Of a DNA stretch of 56,400 nt, positions 26,638-36,188 are shown one piece after another (positions within the stretch are counted from its first letter, which is position 1; the number at the start of each line of letters is the position of its first letter). The notes beneath the pieces are model-generated. The model worked only from the letters and a program-made list of their open reading frames with translations. It was not told the DNA's origin and made no database searches. The translations under genes were made by a program, and so were the position numbers. The stretch spans positions 1-56,400 of the forward strand of contig CAZRQQ010000002.1 of the NCBI GenBank assembly GCA_964602465.1. Reading direction: 5' to 3'. Source of the DNA: an uncultured Candidatus Saccharibacteria bacterium (GTDB lineage: Bacteria; Patescibacteriota; Minisyncoccia; Phycocordibacterales; UBA9973).

Positions 26638-27204
26638 TTATTGTGTCGCTTGAGCTACAGGGGAGGTCTGGGGAGCTTCTTTGGATACTTCCTTTCCACC
26701 CTTGTCTCGCTCGATGACGACTGCTAGGCCCTTGGGAGAGCGCTTATGCGGTTCAGCTATCTTATAGTGTTCTGTCACAAAATGCAAGACCCGGTCAAGG
26801 CGCTCCCTAAGGAAGGCGTCATCCATGCCCTTGGAGCGGCCCCGCAGATACAGCTCTACCTTGATACGGTGGCCTTCTTTGAGCCATGCGGATGCCTGGC
26901 GTGCCTTGAGCTCGAGGTCGTGGTCGCCCGTACCTACCTTGATCTGGATGGACTTGGTCTCGGTCGCCTTGGCGCCACTTTTGGCCTTTTGAGCCTTTTT
27001 CTTCTGCTCGTACTGGTATTTGCCGTACTCCATGAGCTTACAGATGGGCGGCTTGGCCATAGGAGTGATCTCGATCAAGTCGAGGCCTTGGTTGTGCGCC
27101 ATAGCAAGTGCCTCTGCAATAGGAAATACCCCGAGGTTTGTACCTTCTGCATCAATGACGCGAACTTCGGTTGCACGGATTTGGTTGTTGATTCTTTCCT
27201 TCAC
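26638..27204 (-). CDS. infC: translation initiation factor IF-3
   Basis: IF3 N- and C-domains. infC-rpmI-rplT order. The true start may be a non-ATG codon. Confidence 0.9.
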   Translation of the reverse strand: MKERINNQIRATEVRVIDAEGTNLGVFPIAEALAMAHNQGLDLIEITPMAKPPICKLMEYGKYQYEQKKKAQKAKSGAKATETKSIQIKVGTGDHDLELKARQASAWLKEGHRIKVELYLRGRSKGMDDAFLRERLDRVLHFVTEHYKIAEPHKRSPKGLAVVIERDKGGKEVSKEAPQTSPVAQATQ

Positions 27205-27222
27205 GCGAGTATAGTGGGATAT

Positions 27223-28056
27223 ATGTCAGTGCATCATACCGAAAAAGAGCTGCTTCGTCAAACCCGCACCAAGCAGATACGGTCGCTTTCTCCTGTGGGC
27301 AATAGAGAAGTCGCAGGTTTTTCGGGTAAATTCCTCATATATAAGGAACGAGGCGAAACGCTCGCAGTCTTGGTCAAGCGGTTTCGAGCAGAGCAAGGCA
27401 TCACAAACGACGTGCCGGTGACCTACGCCGGCCGTCTTGATCCGATGGCAGAAGGGGTAGTACTCCTCCTTGCTGGCGAGGATCGTCACAAAAAGGATGA
27501 ATACCTCAAGCTCACCAAGACGTATGAGATCGAAGTACTTTTTGGAATTTCGACGGATACGGGTGACATGCTTGGGCTTATCGCAGATGAGCGTTATCGA
27601 ACAGTCGAACCCGGAGTTGTTGAAAATGCATTACTTGCAGCGCGTACCCTTACTGAGCTTCCATATCCCATGTACTCGTCCGTACTTGTCGATGGTATGC
27701 CACTCTTTGTGCATGCACGTGCAGGAAATACTGTCACTGTCCCGACCAAGAAAGTAACGATCAGTGAGGCAAAGCTTTTGCGTACACGTGTTGTGCCAGT
27801 AGAACTTGCGGCACGTGAAGCGATCGAGAGTATCGGCAAAGTAGAAGGAGATTTCCGGCAAACCACTATCATGAAGCAGTGGCAAAAAGTAAGCGAAACA
27901 CATAGAGACAAAGACGTACTTATCGCAACGATCCGTATCACTGCGTCTTCTGGTACCTATATGCGATCGCTTGCGCACTGGATCGGTGATCGACTCAACA
28001 TGCCGGCGCTTGCGTATACGATCAAGAGAACAAAGCTGGGCGAGTGGAGTGTGTAA
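27223..28056 (+). CDS. truB: tRNA pseudouridine synthase, TruB family (start revised)
   Basis: YAGRLDPMAEGVVLLLAGE matches the TruB catalytic-Asp motif. The ORF-track extension to 26746 overlaps infC on the opposite strand. Confidence 0.65.
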   Translation: MSVHHTEKELLRQTRTKQIRSLSPVGNREVAGFSGKFLIYKERGETLAVLVKRFRAEQGITNDVPVTYAGRLDPMAEGVVLLLAGEDRHKKDEYLKLTKTYEIEVLFGISTDTGDMLGLIADERYRTVEPGVVENALLAARTLTELPYPMYSSVLVDGMPLFVHARAGNTVTVPTKKVTISEAKLLRTRVVPVELAAREAIESIGKVEGDFRQTTIMKQWQKVSETHRDKDVLIATIRITASSGTYMRSLAHWIGDRLNMPALAYTIKRTKLGEWSV

Positions 28057-28073
28057 ATAAATAACCGGTCAGT

Positions 28074-28104
28074 ATACTAACTGACCGGCTTTTGGGGTAA
28101 TTTA
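28074..28104 (+). terminator. probable terminator after truB
   Basis: ccggtcag...ctgaccgg stem followed by a short T-run. Confidence 0.45.
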
Positions 28105-28116
28105 AATTTTTTACAT

Positions 28117-28425
28117 TCACACTGCGAGATGGCTTCGCATAACACAATACCCACTTCCGTTGATTTTTCGTACAATTTGAGGGTGGTCTTCAGCAATCTC
28201 TGCAGTTTTGATTGCGATGACTCTTACTGAACCGCCATTAAATTGAACTACAAATCCGGAGAGCTTTTTTTCTTTGGCCTTTTCTACGGATTGTTTCAAG
28301 GCTTCTCCTTCGGGTAAGTTTGAAAAATTAATTGCTTCTAGGTCTAATTTTCCTAGATCAATTAGTTTGTGACTAACATCGGCCGCTACTGTGCGTGCCC
28401 CTGAGATTAGGTGTCTGAATGACAT
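28117..28425 (-). CDS. hypothetical protein
   Basis: 102-aa ORF. No recognisable domain. Confidence 0.4.
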   Translation of the reverse strand: MSFRHLISGARTVAADVSHKLIDLGKLDLEAINFSNLPEGEALKQSVEKAKEKKLSGFVVQFNGGSVRVIAIKTAEIAEDHPQIVRKINGSGYCVMRSHLAV

Positions 28426-28553
28426 AAAATTTAAATTTTTTTAGTACTAAAAAGGTTTCAGATCATTATGTCATTTATTCAAAATAATGCAAGTATTTCA
28501 CAGGCAGCAAAAAACCGCCCTGTCAGTATATATAGAGCGGTTTTTTGGATGGT

Positions 28554-28748
28554 TTACGCGCGGCGAACGTTGATTGCACTGAGACCCTTTTCGGTTTCGG
28601 TGGTTTCAAACGATACTGCGTCGCCTTCCTTGAGGTCTTCAAAGACAACACCGTCGAGATCCTTCATGTGAAAGAAGAGATCCTTCTGGCCTTCTTGTGA
28701 GATAAAGCCGAAGCCTTTTTCTTTGAGTGACTTGATAGTTCCAGTCAT
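28554..28748 (-). CDS. cspA: cold-shock protein (CspA family)
   Basis: GTIKSLKEKGFGFI...D.FFH motif. 64 aa. Confidence 0.9.
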   Translation of the reverse strand: MTGTIKSLKEKGFGFISQEGQKDLFFHMKDLDGVVFEDLKEGDAVSFETTETEKGLSAINVRRA

Positions 28749-28857
28749 GTATGTATGTTTTAACTACTAATCTACAAAATGCCTGCGGATCGACTGTTTC
28801 TACGGAGCTCTTTTGTGCAGTGATTCTGTCAGAAATAATACAAAATGTCAAATAATT

Positions 28858-29251
28858 GTGGAGATGGGGGTATCGAAACCCCGTGTAGTGTGAGTGGATA
28901 GCTAGTTCTACATGTGTAGCGTCATGTGATTGTTTGAGTGAATATTCTCAACACGAGCAAAATGAATATTCACCGAGCTCTTACTTGTTTGGTGCGGGGC
29001 AAAAGCGTGCCTTGCTGCCTATCCCGATGAGTGTTGCCGCGATCTATCTATCGGAAGTCGATAGGTGCGACACCAGATTGACCTAAAGCTTAGGCGAATG
29101 CTGGAGCGAAGCCAAATGCGTTAGCAAATGGAGACTTCACCTTAGCGATGCTGTTGCCAGTTATCGTGTGTGAACGAATGGTGACGGTGTTGCGTTCATA
29201 CCCGACATGCGTAGCTGTCTCAGGCTCATACTATCGAAACCTGTCATCCCC
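28858..29251 (-). ncRNA. ssrA: tmRNA (transfer-messenger RNA)
   Basis: Minus-strand 5' end GGGGAUGACAGGUUUCGAUAG. 3' end ACGGGGUUUCGAUACCCCCAUCUCCAC with the acceptor stem pairing to the 5' end. Internal frame ...GCU AAC GCA UUU GGC UUC GCU CCA GCA UUC GCC UAA. Adjacent to smpB. Confidence 0.75.
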
Positions 29252-29264
29252 AATATAGTGTGTA

Positions 29265-29738
29265 TTACTCGCCTCGACGCGCTTCGCGATCAAGGTCTCT
29301 TTTCTTAATACTTTCACGTTTATCAAAGTCCTTCTTACCCTTGGCGACCGCAAGCTGCAGCTTCACCAAGCTTCCCTTACCATACAGTGAGACGGGGATC
29401 ATCGTCAATCCTTTCACTTTGAGAGATTTCGTAAGTGCCAAAAGTTCCTTTTTGTGGACCAATAGCTTGCGGGTGCGGTAGGGGTCAAATCCCTCCAAAA
29501 CATTCTTTTCTTGCCAAGCGGGGATATGTGCGCCCAGGAGTACAAGTGTCCCATCAACGACTGCGACATATGCGCCAGAGAGCGATCCATGATGCGCTTT
29601 CACTGATTTGACTTCAGTACCCAACAGCTCGATCCCGCACTCGTAGGTGTCTTCGAGCTGATAGTCAAACGTCGCCTTTTTGTTGCGGAGGTATTCCATG
29701 TATCTAATAGTAGCATAGATATGGGAAAATATTGACAT
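29265..29738 (-). CDS. smpB: SsrA-binding protein
   Basis: SmpB core motifs (GIEL.G.EVKS, Y.....RKLL). Neighbour of ssrA. Confidence 0.93.
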   Translation of the reverse strand: MSIFSHIYATIRYMEYLRNKKATFDYQLEDTYECGIELLGTEVKSVKAHHGSLSGAYVAVVDGTLVLLGAHIPAWQEKNVLEGFDPYRTRKLLVHKKELLALTKSLKVKGLTMIPVSLYGKGSLVKLQLAVAKGKKDFDKRESIKKRDLDREARRGE

Positions 29739-29919
29739 TTAAACATATTTGTGCTAAAAAGTTTGGAAATAAAAATACAACAATCTGATCTTTTAAAACC
29801 CAATCTCTTTCTCGAAGTATAGTAGAGAACACAGATCGAACACGCTCGTCACTCGGATTTCGAGGTTCGTCACTCAGACAGCAATCCACAACATCAAAAA
29901 ACCTAAAAATTAAATCAAA

Positions 29920-31836
29920 ATGATTTGGTCACTATTAGCTATGTATTGGTGGATACCCACCATATTGCTTATCTTAATTTTCTACAAATTCATTCTCCGC
30001 GTATTTTTCGGTGTCGTTATTGTACCGGAAGATAAAATCGGATTGGTAACAAAAAAGTTTGTGCTATTTGGTAAACAGCAATTGCCGGAGGGGCGTATTA
30101 TCGCCACGCAAGGTGAAGCAGGTTTCCAGGCGCAGACGTTGCCACCTGGTGTATATTTCGCAAAATGGATTTGGCAGTACGATATAACTTTTCAATCATT
30201 CACTATCGTGCCGACCGGACAACTTGGTCTGGTACTAGCAAAAGATGGCGCTGAATTGGAGACAGGTTCCGTACTTGCACGCAAAGTTGACTGCGATAGT
30301 TTCCAGGATGCAGAAGCATTTCTGAAAAACGGTGGTCGCAAAGGGCGCCAGATTGCAATCATGACACCAGGCTCATACCGTATCAATACGTTTTTATTTA
30401 GCGTAGAACTTACGGAAATGACTAGTATACCGGACAATGCTGTTGGAGTAGTAACCACACTCGAAGGTGCGCCGTTGCAGGAAGGCCAGATTGCAGGTGC
30501 TGTGGTGCAGGGACATAATAAGTTCCAAGACGCAGAAGCATTTCTACAAAAGGGAGGTTCAAAAGGTTTGCAAGAGCAAATAATACTTGCTGGAGCATAT
30601 TTCCTTAATCCCTGGTTTGCAAAACTGGAAATGGTGAAAATGACCGAGATACCGATCGGTCATGTCGGTGTTGTAATTAGTTATGTTGGCGGTGATGGTG
30701 CCGATTTAAGTGGCGCTGAATTCAAACATGGCAACATTGTTGCAAAAGGAAATAAGGGTGTATGGGCAGAACCGCTCGGTCCGGGTAAGTATCCGATCAA
30801 TCCATATATTATGAAAGTGGAATTGGTGCCGACTACAAACCTGGTATTGAACTGGGCAACTGCACGAAGTGAATCACATGCTTTGGATAAAAATCTTTCT
30901 ACCATTACAGTGCGTAGTAAAGATGGCTTCCCGTTCAATTTGGATGTATCGCAAATCATCCACATCCCGACTACTGAAGCTCCAAAAGTAATTGCTCGTT
31001 TCGGTAACATGAACAATTTGGTAAGCCAAGTATTGGAACCAACGATTGGCAACTACTTCCGTAATAGTGCACAGGATAGTGATGTGATTGCTTTCCTCGG
31101 CAGTCGTAAAGAAAGACAAAGCTCAGCCCGGGAACATATTGGTAAAGTGCTCGAACAGTACAATGTTTTCGGCGTTGATACACTGATCGGTGACATCGTT
31201 CCACCTGAAAGTCTGATGAAAACACTGACTGATCGTAAACTGGCCGAAGAACAAAAGGTTACCTATGAAACAGAAAAGAAGGCTCAGGAAACACGGCAAA
31301 GCCTGGAAAAGGAAACCGCTATCGCAGAAATGCAGAAAGAAATTGTAAAAGCTGACCAGGGTGTCGTAATCGCTGAGCGCATCGCTGATGCATCAGTGAA
31401 GAAGGCAACTGGAGAAGCAAACAGTGTTCGCTTGCAATCTACTGCTGAGGCAGACAGGTTGAAACTATTGGCAAGCGGTGAAGCTGAAAAGACCAGATTG
31501 CTTGCAAAAGCAAACGCTGAACAGATCGAATTGTTGGCAAAAGCTGAAGCTGAAAAAATTTCTCTTACCGGTAACGCAGAAGCTGAAAAAGTTTTGGCAA
31601 TTGGTAAATCTAATGCTGAAGCATACAAACTTTCAGTTGAAGCTATGGGTGGGGACAACTTCACTCAGCTGAAGGTAATGGAGTCAATCGGGGAGCGTGG
31701 CATAAAAATCATGCCGGAGGTGTTGATTGCTGGTGCTGGTGACGGAAGTAATGGTCCCATCAGTGGCCTGCTCGGACTGAAATTGCTGGAAGAGATCGGG
31801 AGGAAGAATGGTAACGACAAAACAAAAGAAAACTAA
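29920..31836 (+). CDS. flotillin-like SPFH/band-7 membrane protein
   Basis: N-terminal TM. Duplicated SPFH-type segments (FQDAEAFL repeated twice). Long Ala/Glu/Lys coiled-coil of flotillin type. Confidence 0.65.
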   Translation: MIWSLLAMYWWIPTILLILIFYKFILRVFFGVVIVPEDKIGLVTKKFVLFGKQQLPEGRIIATQGEAGFQAQTLPPGVYFAKWIWQYDITFQSFTIVPTGQLGLVLAKDGAELETGSVLARKVDCDSFQDAEAFLKNGGRKGRQIAIMTPGSYRINTFLFSVELTEMTSIPDNAVGVVTTLEGAPLQEGQIAGAVVQGHNKFQDAEAFLQKGGSKGLQEQIILAGAYFLNPWFAKLEMVKMTEIPIGHVGVVISYVGGDGADLSGAEFKHGNIVAKGNKGVWAEPLGPGKYPINPYIMKVELVPTTNLVLNWATARSESHALDKNLSTITVRSKDGFPFNLDVSQIIHIPTTEAPKVIARFGNMNNLVSQVLEPTIGNYFRNSAQDSDVIAFLGSRKERQSSAREHIGKVLEQYNVFGVDTLIGDIVPPESLMKTLTDRKLAEEQKVTYETEKKAQETRQSLEKETAIAEMQKEIVKADQGVVIAERIADASVKKATGEANSVRLQSTAEADRLKLLASGEAEKTRLLAKANAEQIELLAKAEAEKISLTGNAEAEKVLAIGKSNAEAYKLSVEAMGGDNFTQLKVMESIGERGIKIMPEVLIAGAGDGSNGPISGLLGLKLLEEIGRKNGNDKTKEN

Positions 31837-31856
31837 CATGCTGTAGTAAAAGCATG

Positions 31857-31890
31857 AGCCGCATCAATATTGGTGCGGCTTTTTATTTTC
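31857..31890 (+). terminator. rho-independent terminator
   Basis: agccgcatc-aatatt-ggtgcggct followed by a T-run. Confidence 0.55.
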
Positions 31891-31921
31891 ATCAATTCGT
31901 TTTTGTGTATAATGCATTGAT

Positions 31922-33805
31922 ATGCCATCCCAGAACAAAAAACCCTCCCCGCAAAAGAAGCGACCACTTTCGTCGTATATCTTTTCGACGCTTCTTTTGT
32001 TTGCGATCATCACGGTCTTGTATTCAATGGTGACTGGTGTGTCACCAAAGGAGACCGATGTCGTCGGGCTTTCAGAGGTATCGCGCATGGTCACTGCTGG
32101 GGAAGTGAAGTCGATCACGATCAGTGGTCAAGACCTCACTGTCACTAAGTCCGATGATACAGTCGTGCGGTCCAAAAAGGAGCCCGAAGCATCGCTCTCA
32201 CAAACACTTGCGTCCTATGGAGTGGATGCTGCCAAGCTTGCTGCGGTGGATGTGCGCGTGAAGTCGCAGTCTGGATTTGCATTTTTCTTGATGACGATAC
32301 TCCCGATCGTGCTTCCAGTTGCGCTTGTTATTTTCTTTTTTTGGATGATCTCACGTCAGGCAAAGGGTGCAGGCATGCAGGCGTTTACGTTTGGACAGTC
32401 CAAAGCACGTGTCACTGATCCCAACGACAAGAACAACAAGGTCACCTTCAAAGACGTGGCTGGTGCGCGCGAGGCAAAAGAAGAACTCAAGGAAATTGTC
32501 GACTTCCTGCGCAACCCCAAAAAGTTTCTCGACATTGGTGCACGCATTCCCAAGGGTGTCCTTCTTACAGGGAGTCCGGGTACAGGAAAAACGCTCCTTG
32601 CGCGAGCTGTGGCAGGGGAAGCAGGGGTGCCGTTCTTCCATCTTTCAGGAAGTGAATTTGTGGAAATGTTTGTTGGTGTTGGCGCATCACGTGTACGGGA
32701 TCTTTTCAAAATGGCAAAGCGTGCAGCACCCGCGATCATCTTTATCGACGAGATCGATGCGGTCGGACGCGTGCGTGGTGGTGGCTACGGCGGGGGAAAT
32801 GATGAACGTGAGCAGACGCTCAACCAGATCCTTGTCGAGATGGATGGCTTTGAACCAAATGACAAAGTAATCGTGATCGCTGCAACCAACCGAAGTGACG
32901 TCCTTGATCCAGCACTTCTTCGTCCGGGCCGATTTGATCGACGGGTGATGCTTGACCTTCCCGATCGTCGAGATCGCGAAGATATTTTGAATGTACACGT
33001 GACCAAGAAACCACTTGGTGAAGACGTGAATTTGAAAACGATCGCGGAGCGTACCAGTGGATTTAGTGGAGCAGATCTCTACTCCCTCATGAACGAAGGC
33101 GCGATCCTTGCTGCGCGAGAGAATAGAAAAAAGATTTCACAATTTGACCTCATCCGTAGTATCGAGAAGGTGATGATTGGTCCAGAGCGCAAGAGTCACT
33201 TGCTTACCAAAAAGGAAAAAGAGGTCACTGCGTACCACGAAGCAGCCCACGCGCTTGTCGCATCAGTCCTTCCTGATGCTGATCCAGTGCACAAGGTGAC
33301 AATCATTTCTCGTGGTCGTGCGCTTGGCTACACGATGAAAATTGCTTTGGAGGAGCGCAAGATCAATACGCGCAAAGAATACCTTGATGATATCGCAATG
33401 ACACTCGCAGGCTATGTTGCTGAAGACATGATATTTGGGGATGTCAGTACTGGTCCGTCAAATGACTTACAGGTCGCGACAAACCTCGCACGTGCGATGG
33501 TCACCCGCTGGGGCATGAGTGATGCGATTGGTCCGCTTGCGCTCGAAAATGATGGAGGACGCGCGATGTTTGGGCAAGGCGTAGAAGGTAAGGAGTATTC
33601 TGATGCAACGAATGCCGTGATCGATGCAGAAGTGAAGCGCATCATGACCGAAGGACTTGCGCGCGCAAAAGAAGTGCTTCTGGAGCACCGCCCGGTCCTT
33701 GATATCATTGCAAAGAAACTCGTTGAAGTGGAAACACTTGAGCAAGCTGAGTACGAAGCCATCATTGCTGCGCACGGTATCCCGCTCAAAAAACTCGTTG
33801 AGTAA
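31922..33805 (+). CDS. ftsH: ATP-dependent zinc metalloprotease FtsH
   Basis: AAA+ Walker [12 protein letters not shown] motif, HEAAHAL zinc site. Confidence 0.95.
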   Translation: MPSQNKKPSPQKKRPLSSYIFSTLLLFAIITVLYSMVTGVSPKETDVVGLSEVSRMVTAGEVKSITISGQDLTVTKSDDTVVRSKKEPEASLSQTLASYGVDAAKLAAVDVRVKSQSGFAFFLMTILPIVLPVALVIFFFWMISRQAKGAGMQAFTFGQSKARVTDPNDKNNKVTFKDVAGAREAKEELKEIVDFLRNPKKFLDIGARIPKGVLLTGSPGTGKTLLARAVAGEAGVPFFHLSGSEFVEMFVGVGASRVRDLFKMAKRAAPAIIFIDEIDAVGRVRGGGYGGGNDEREQTLNQILVEMDGFEPNDKVIVIAATNRSDVLDPALLRPGRFDRRVMLDLPDRRDREDILNVHVTKKPLGEDVNLKTIAERTSGFSGADLYSLMNEGAILAARENRKKISQFDLIRSIEKVMIGPERKSHLLTKKEKEVTAYHEAAHALVASVLPDADPVHKVTIISRGRALGYTMKIALEERKINTRKEYLDDIAMTLAGYVAEDMIFGDVSTGPSNDLQVATNLARAMVTRWGMSDAIGPLALENDGGRAMFGQGVEGKEYSDATNAVIDAEVKRIMTEGLARAKEVLLEHRPVLDIIAKKLVEVETLEQAEYEAIIAAHGIPLKKLVE

Positions 33806-33808
33806 CCT

Positions 33809-34822
33809 ATGAAAGCATATATCCTCGTACTTTTGTTTTGTATCGCCGGAGCGGGAGTTTTTCTTGCTGCTCGCCACACTGATTCGTCGATACTAAATGC
33901 GCTGCCAAACATCGAAGAGAAAAAACCGATCACAATCACCTTTGTCGGAGATATCATGATGGATCGTGGCGTGCGGCGCAGTGTGGAGAAAAATTTCTCA
34001 GGAGACTACAATGCGCTTTTTGTGAACACTGGATATTTGAAAGAAAGTGATATCACCTTCGGAAATCTCGAGGGAACTGCAACAGAGGAAATAAGTGTAC
34101 GCACGGGAAGCAGATTTTCATTTCGTATGCACCCTGATTCGCTTGCTGCGCTCAAAAACGCCGGCTTCGATATTGTCTCATTTGCAAACAATCACGTTGG
34201 CGACTATGGCACGAAAGGTTTCTTGGGAACGATTGAAAATTTGAAGGCAAACAATCTTCTCTACGCCGGAGCAGGGGAGCAGTATGCGGATGCGACAATC
34301 CCGCGAATTGTTGATGTGCGCGGTACCAAGATCGGCTTTCTTGCGGCAACCGATGTCGGACCAGACTGGCTTAAGGCAACTGAAACCAAATCGGGAATAC
34401 TACTTGCATCTGATCCAAAACTTTCTGAAATAGTTGCGAACGCAAAAGCACAAGTCGATGTACTCGTTGTGTCATTCCACTGGGGCAATGAGTATAGTCC
34501 CGCAAATGCACGACAAGAAAAGATTGCACATGCTGTAATCGATGCTGGCGCAGATATCGTCGTCGGGCATCATCCACACGTGATGGAGAAAGTAGAAGAG
34601 TACAACGGCAAACTTATTTATTATAGTCTTGGCAATTACATCTTTGATCAATACTTCTCCGAGCACACCATGCGCGGTATGGTCGCAACTGTCTCCATCG
34701 ATCCAGAAACAAAAGCTATTTCACACACTGAACACGTCAGTCCACTTTCGAGGCAATTTATTCCACAGTCGCTTATCCCATTTAATATGTCGATGCTTAT
34801 TACGAAAACATTTACGCCATAA
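33809..34822 (+). CDS. CapA/PGA_cap family metallophosphatase-like protein
   Basis: GD(I/V)M, ANNH and GHHPH motifs of the poly-gamma-glutamate capsule CapA family. Confidence 0.75.
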   Translation: MKAYILVLLFCIAGAGVFLAARHTDSSILNALPNIEEKKPITITFVGDIMMDRGVRRSVEKNFSGDYNALFVNTGYLKESDITFGNLEGTATEEISVRTGSRFSFRMHPDSLAALKNAGFDIVSFANNHVGDYGTKGFLGTIENLKANNLLYAGAGEQYADATIPRIVDVRGTKIGFLAATDVGPDWLKATETKSGILLASDPKLSEIVANAKAQVDVLVVSFHWGNEYSPANARQEKIAHAVIDAGADIVVGHHPHVMEKVEEYNGKLIYYSLGNYIFDQYFSEHTMRGMVATVSIDPETKAISHTEHVSPLSRQFIPQSLIPFNMSMLITKTFTP

Positions 34823-34850
34823 AAAAGCCACTTCAAAAGAAGTGGCTAAA
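34820..34850. terminator. hairpin terminator (agccacttc-aaaa-gaagtggct), T-run on minus strand
   Basis: Perfect 9-bp stem. The U-tract is in the minus orientation, downstream of gene 34937..35416. Confidence 0.5.
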
Positions 34851-34936
34851 GCCCCAAGGTTGCTATTCTGGAAACTATCGCTAAACCTTGTACTGGGACT
34901 TTCTCATTATTCTAATCAGATCAATCTTTTTTGCAA

Positions 34937-35416
34937 CTAGTCAGTCGCCTTATCACTTCCTCTGGATTCGAGTTCGCCTTCGGCGAGTTCGAGGAGTTCG
35001 TAGTGCCAATTCACGCCTTCTTCGGCAAGCGTGAGGAGTGCTTCGTCATTGATCGCAGCCGCAACGCCTTTGATCAAATTCCAGTGCACGATCGCCGCAC
35101 CTTCGAAAAATCCGCTCCACTCGAGAAGCTCAGTCGCATTGTTCCACTCATCGCCGACATAAAGATCGCGCATTTGCTTGAGCTTGAGTCCGGTTTTGTC
35201 GGCCTTGCCAAGCGTTGTGTCGATCACACCTGCGTCAGTTGCGATGCGCATGATTTCTTCGCCGTGCATGCGGTTCTTTTCTTCCATGTCGATGATGCGT
35301 TCTTCGCCAAGCGCTGCGGCGAGTGCAGCGCGACCTTTCTCAAGTGTCTCGGTGCCGACACGGTTAAACGCCAATACCTCTCCCAATTTCTTTGCCCCAA
35401 ATTCGTTGATAGTCAT
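34937..35416 (-). CDS. ferritin-like four-helix-bundle protein (tentative)
   Basis: 159 aa, predicted all-helical with paired E/H-rich helices. Weak resemblance to the YciE/YciF ferritin-like family. Confidence 0.35.
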   Translation of the reverse strand: MTINEFGAKKLGEVLAFNRVGTETLEKGRAALAAALGEERIIDMEEKNRMHGEEIMRIATDAGVIDTTLGKADKTGLKLKQMRDLYVGDEWNNATELLEWSGFFEGAAIVHWNLIKGVAAAINDEALLTLAEEGVNWHYELLELAEGELESRGSDKATD

Positions 35417-35502
35417 ATAGGAAGTGTACCAAGTATTACCAAAAAGCTGTAACTATTGACATTTCATCGAGAAAGGGTAATGTTTTCAAAAAACTTACAA
35501 CT

Positions 35503-35862
35503 ATGATCAAAATACTTATTATCGTAGGACTTTGTTCGTACCTACTATCAGTTTATATCTGGGGACGATGGACCAATATAGACTACAAAGAACTGAAAGG
35601 AAAGAGTATAGGGATAAGATATTCGGTCGCAGCTATGCTCTTTGCCCTCTTTGCAATAATTGCAGCATTCGTTATTGCTCTATCTACTGATTTCATATAT
35701 ATCACTCAGTTTTGGCATGCATTTATTCCAACACTAGTCATCTATGTGATAATATACGGACTAACCTGTATAGGTATAGAACGAGCAGCTAAAAAGAAAT
35801 ATCAAAACAAGTCAAAATCAGGATCTGATAGGTATCTACTCAATGACAACGACTTTCTATAA
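35503..35862 (+). CDS. hypothetical membrane protein
   Basis: 119 aa with three hydrophobic helices. Confidence 0.4.
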   Translation: MIKILIIVGLCSYLLSVYIWGRWTNIDYKELKGKSIGIRYSVAAMLFALFAIIAAFVIALSTDFIYITQFWHAFIPTLVIYVIIYGLTCIGIERAAKKKYQNKSKSGSDRYLLNDNDFL

Positions 35863-35870
35863 GAAATAAC

Positions 35871-35899
35871 TCCCGGAGTGATTCCGGGGTTTTCTTTTT
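35871..35899 (+). terminator. rho-independent terminator
   Basis: cccgga-gtgat-tccggg followed by a T-run. Confidence 0.55.
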
Positions 35900-36034
35900 G
35901 CCGATGATGTATATAATCTTTTATATCATCCACCCTTAGCTCCCCGCCTGCATCAGCTACGCGAAGCATTGCGGGCAGGAGTTGGTAGAGCGCCGAGCTT
36001 ACCGGCGAAGCGAGTGGTATACAGACAAACGAGT

Positions 36035-36108
36035 GGGAGTATAGCTCAGTTGGTTAGAGCACGGAGCTTATACCTCCGCGGTCGATGGTTCGAGTCCATC
36101 TACTCCCA
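36035..36108 (+). tRNA. tRNA-Ile (anticodon UAU)
   Basis: Cloverleaf with acceptor GGGAGTA/TACTCCC, D-arm GCTC..GAGC, anticodon stem CGGAG/CTCCG, loop CTTATAC, T-arm GATGG-TTCGAGT-CCATC. Discriminator A. Confidence 0.7.
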
Positions 36109-36188
36109 CCCGTTTGAATGTGATATCCGAGCGATGCCGGCTCCAAAGGATGACCTCGGTGGTCCAGGCTTTTGTCCATGCACACCCA

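Noticed and set aside
26746-28056. 436-aa ORF on the + strand from 26746
   Set aside because: Its first ~480 nt run antisense through the well-supported infC gene (26638-27204, minus). The TruB-like homology begins at the Met at 27223, so the gene was called 27223-28056 and the upstream extension treated as artefact.
28117-28425. Assigning the 102-aa minus-strand ORF to a ribosomal L7Ae-like or other named family
   Set aside because: No convincing motif match could be made by eye. It is left as hypothetical.
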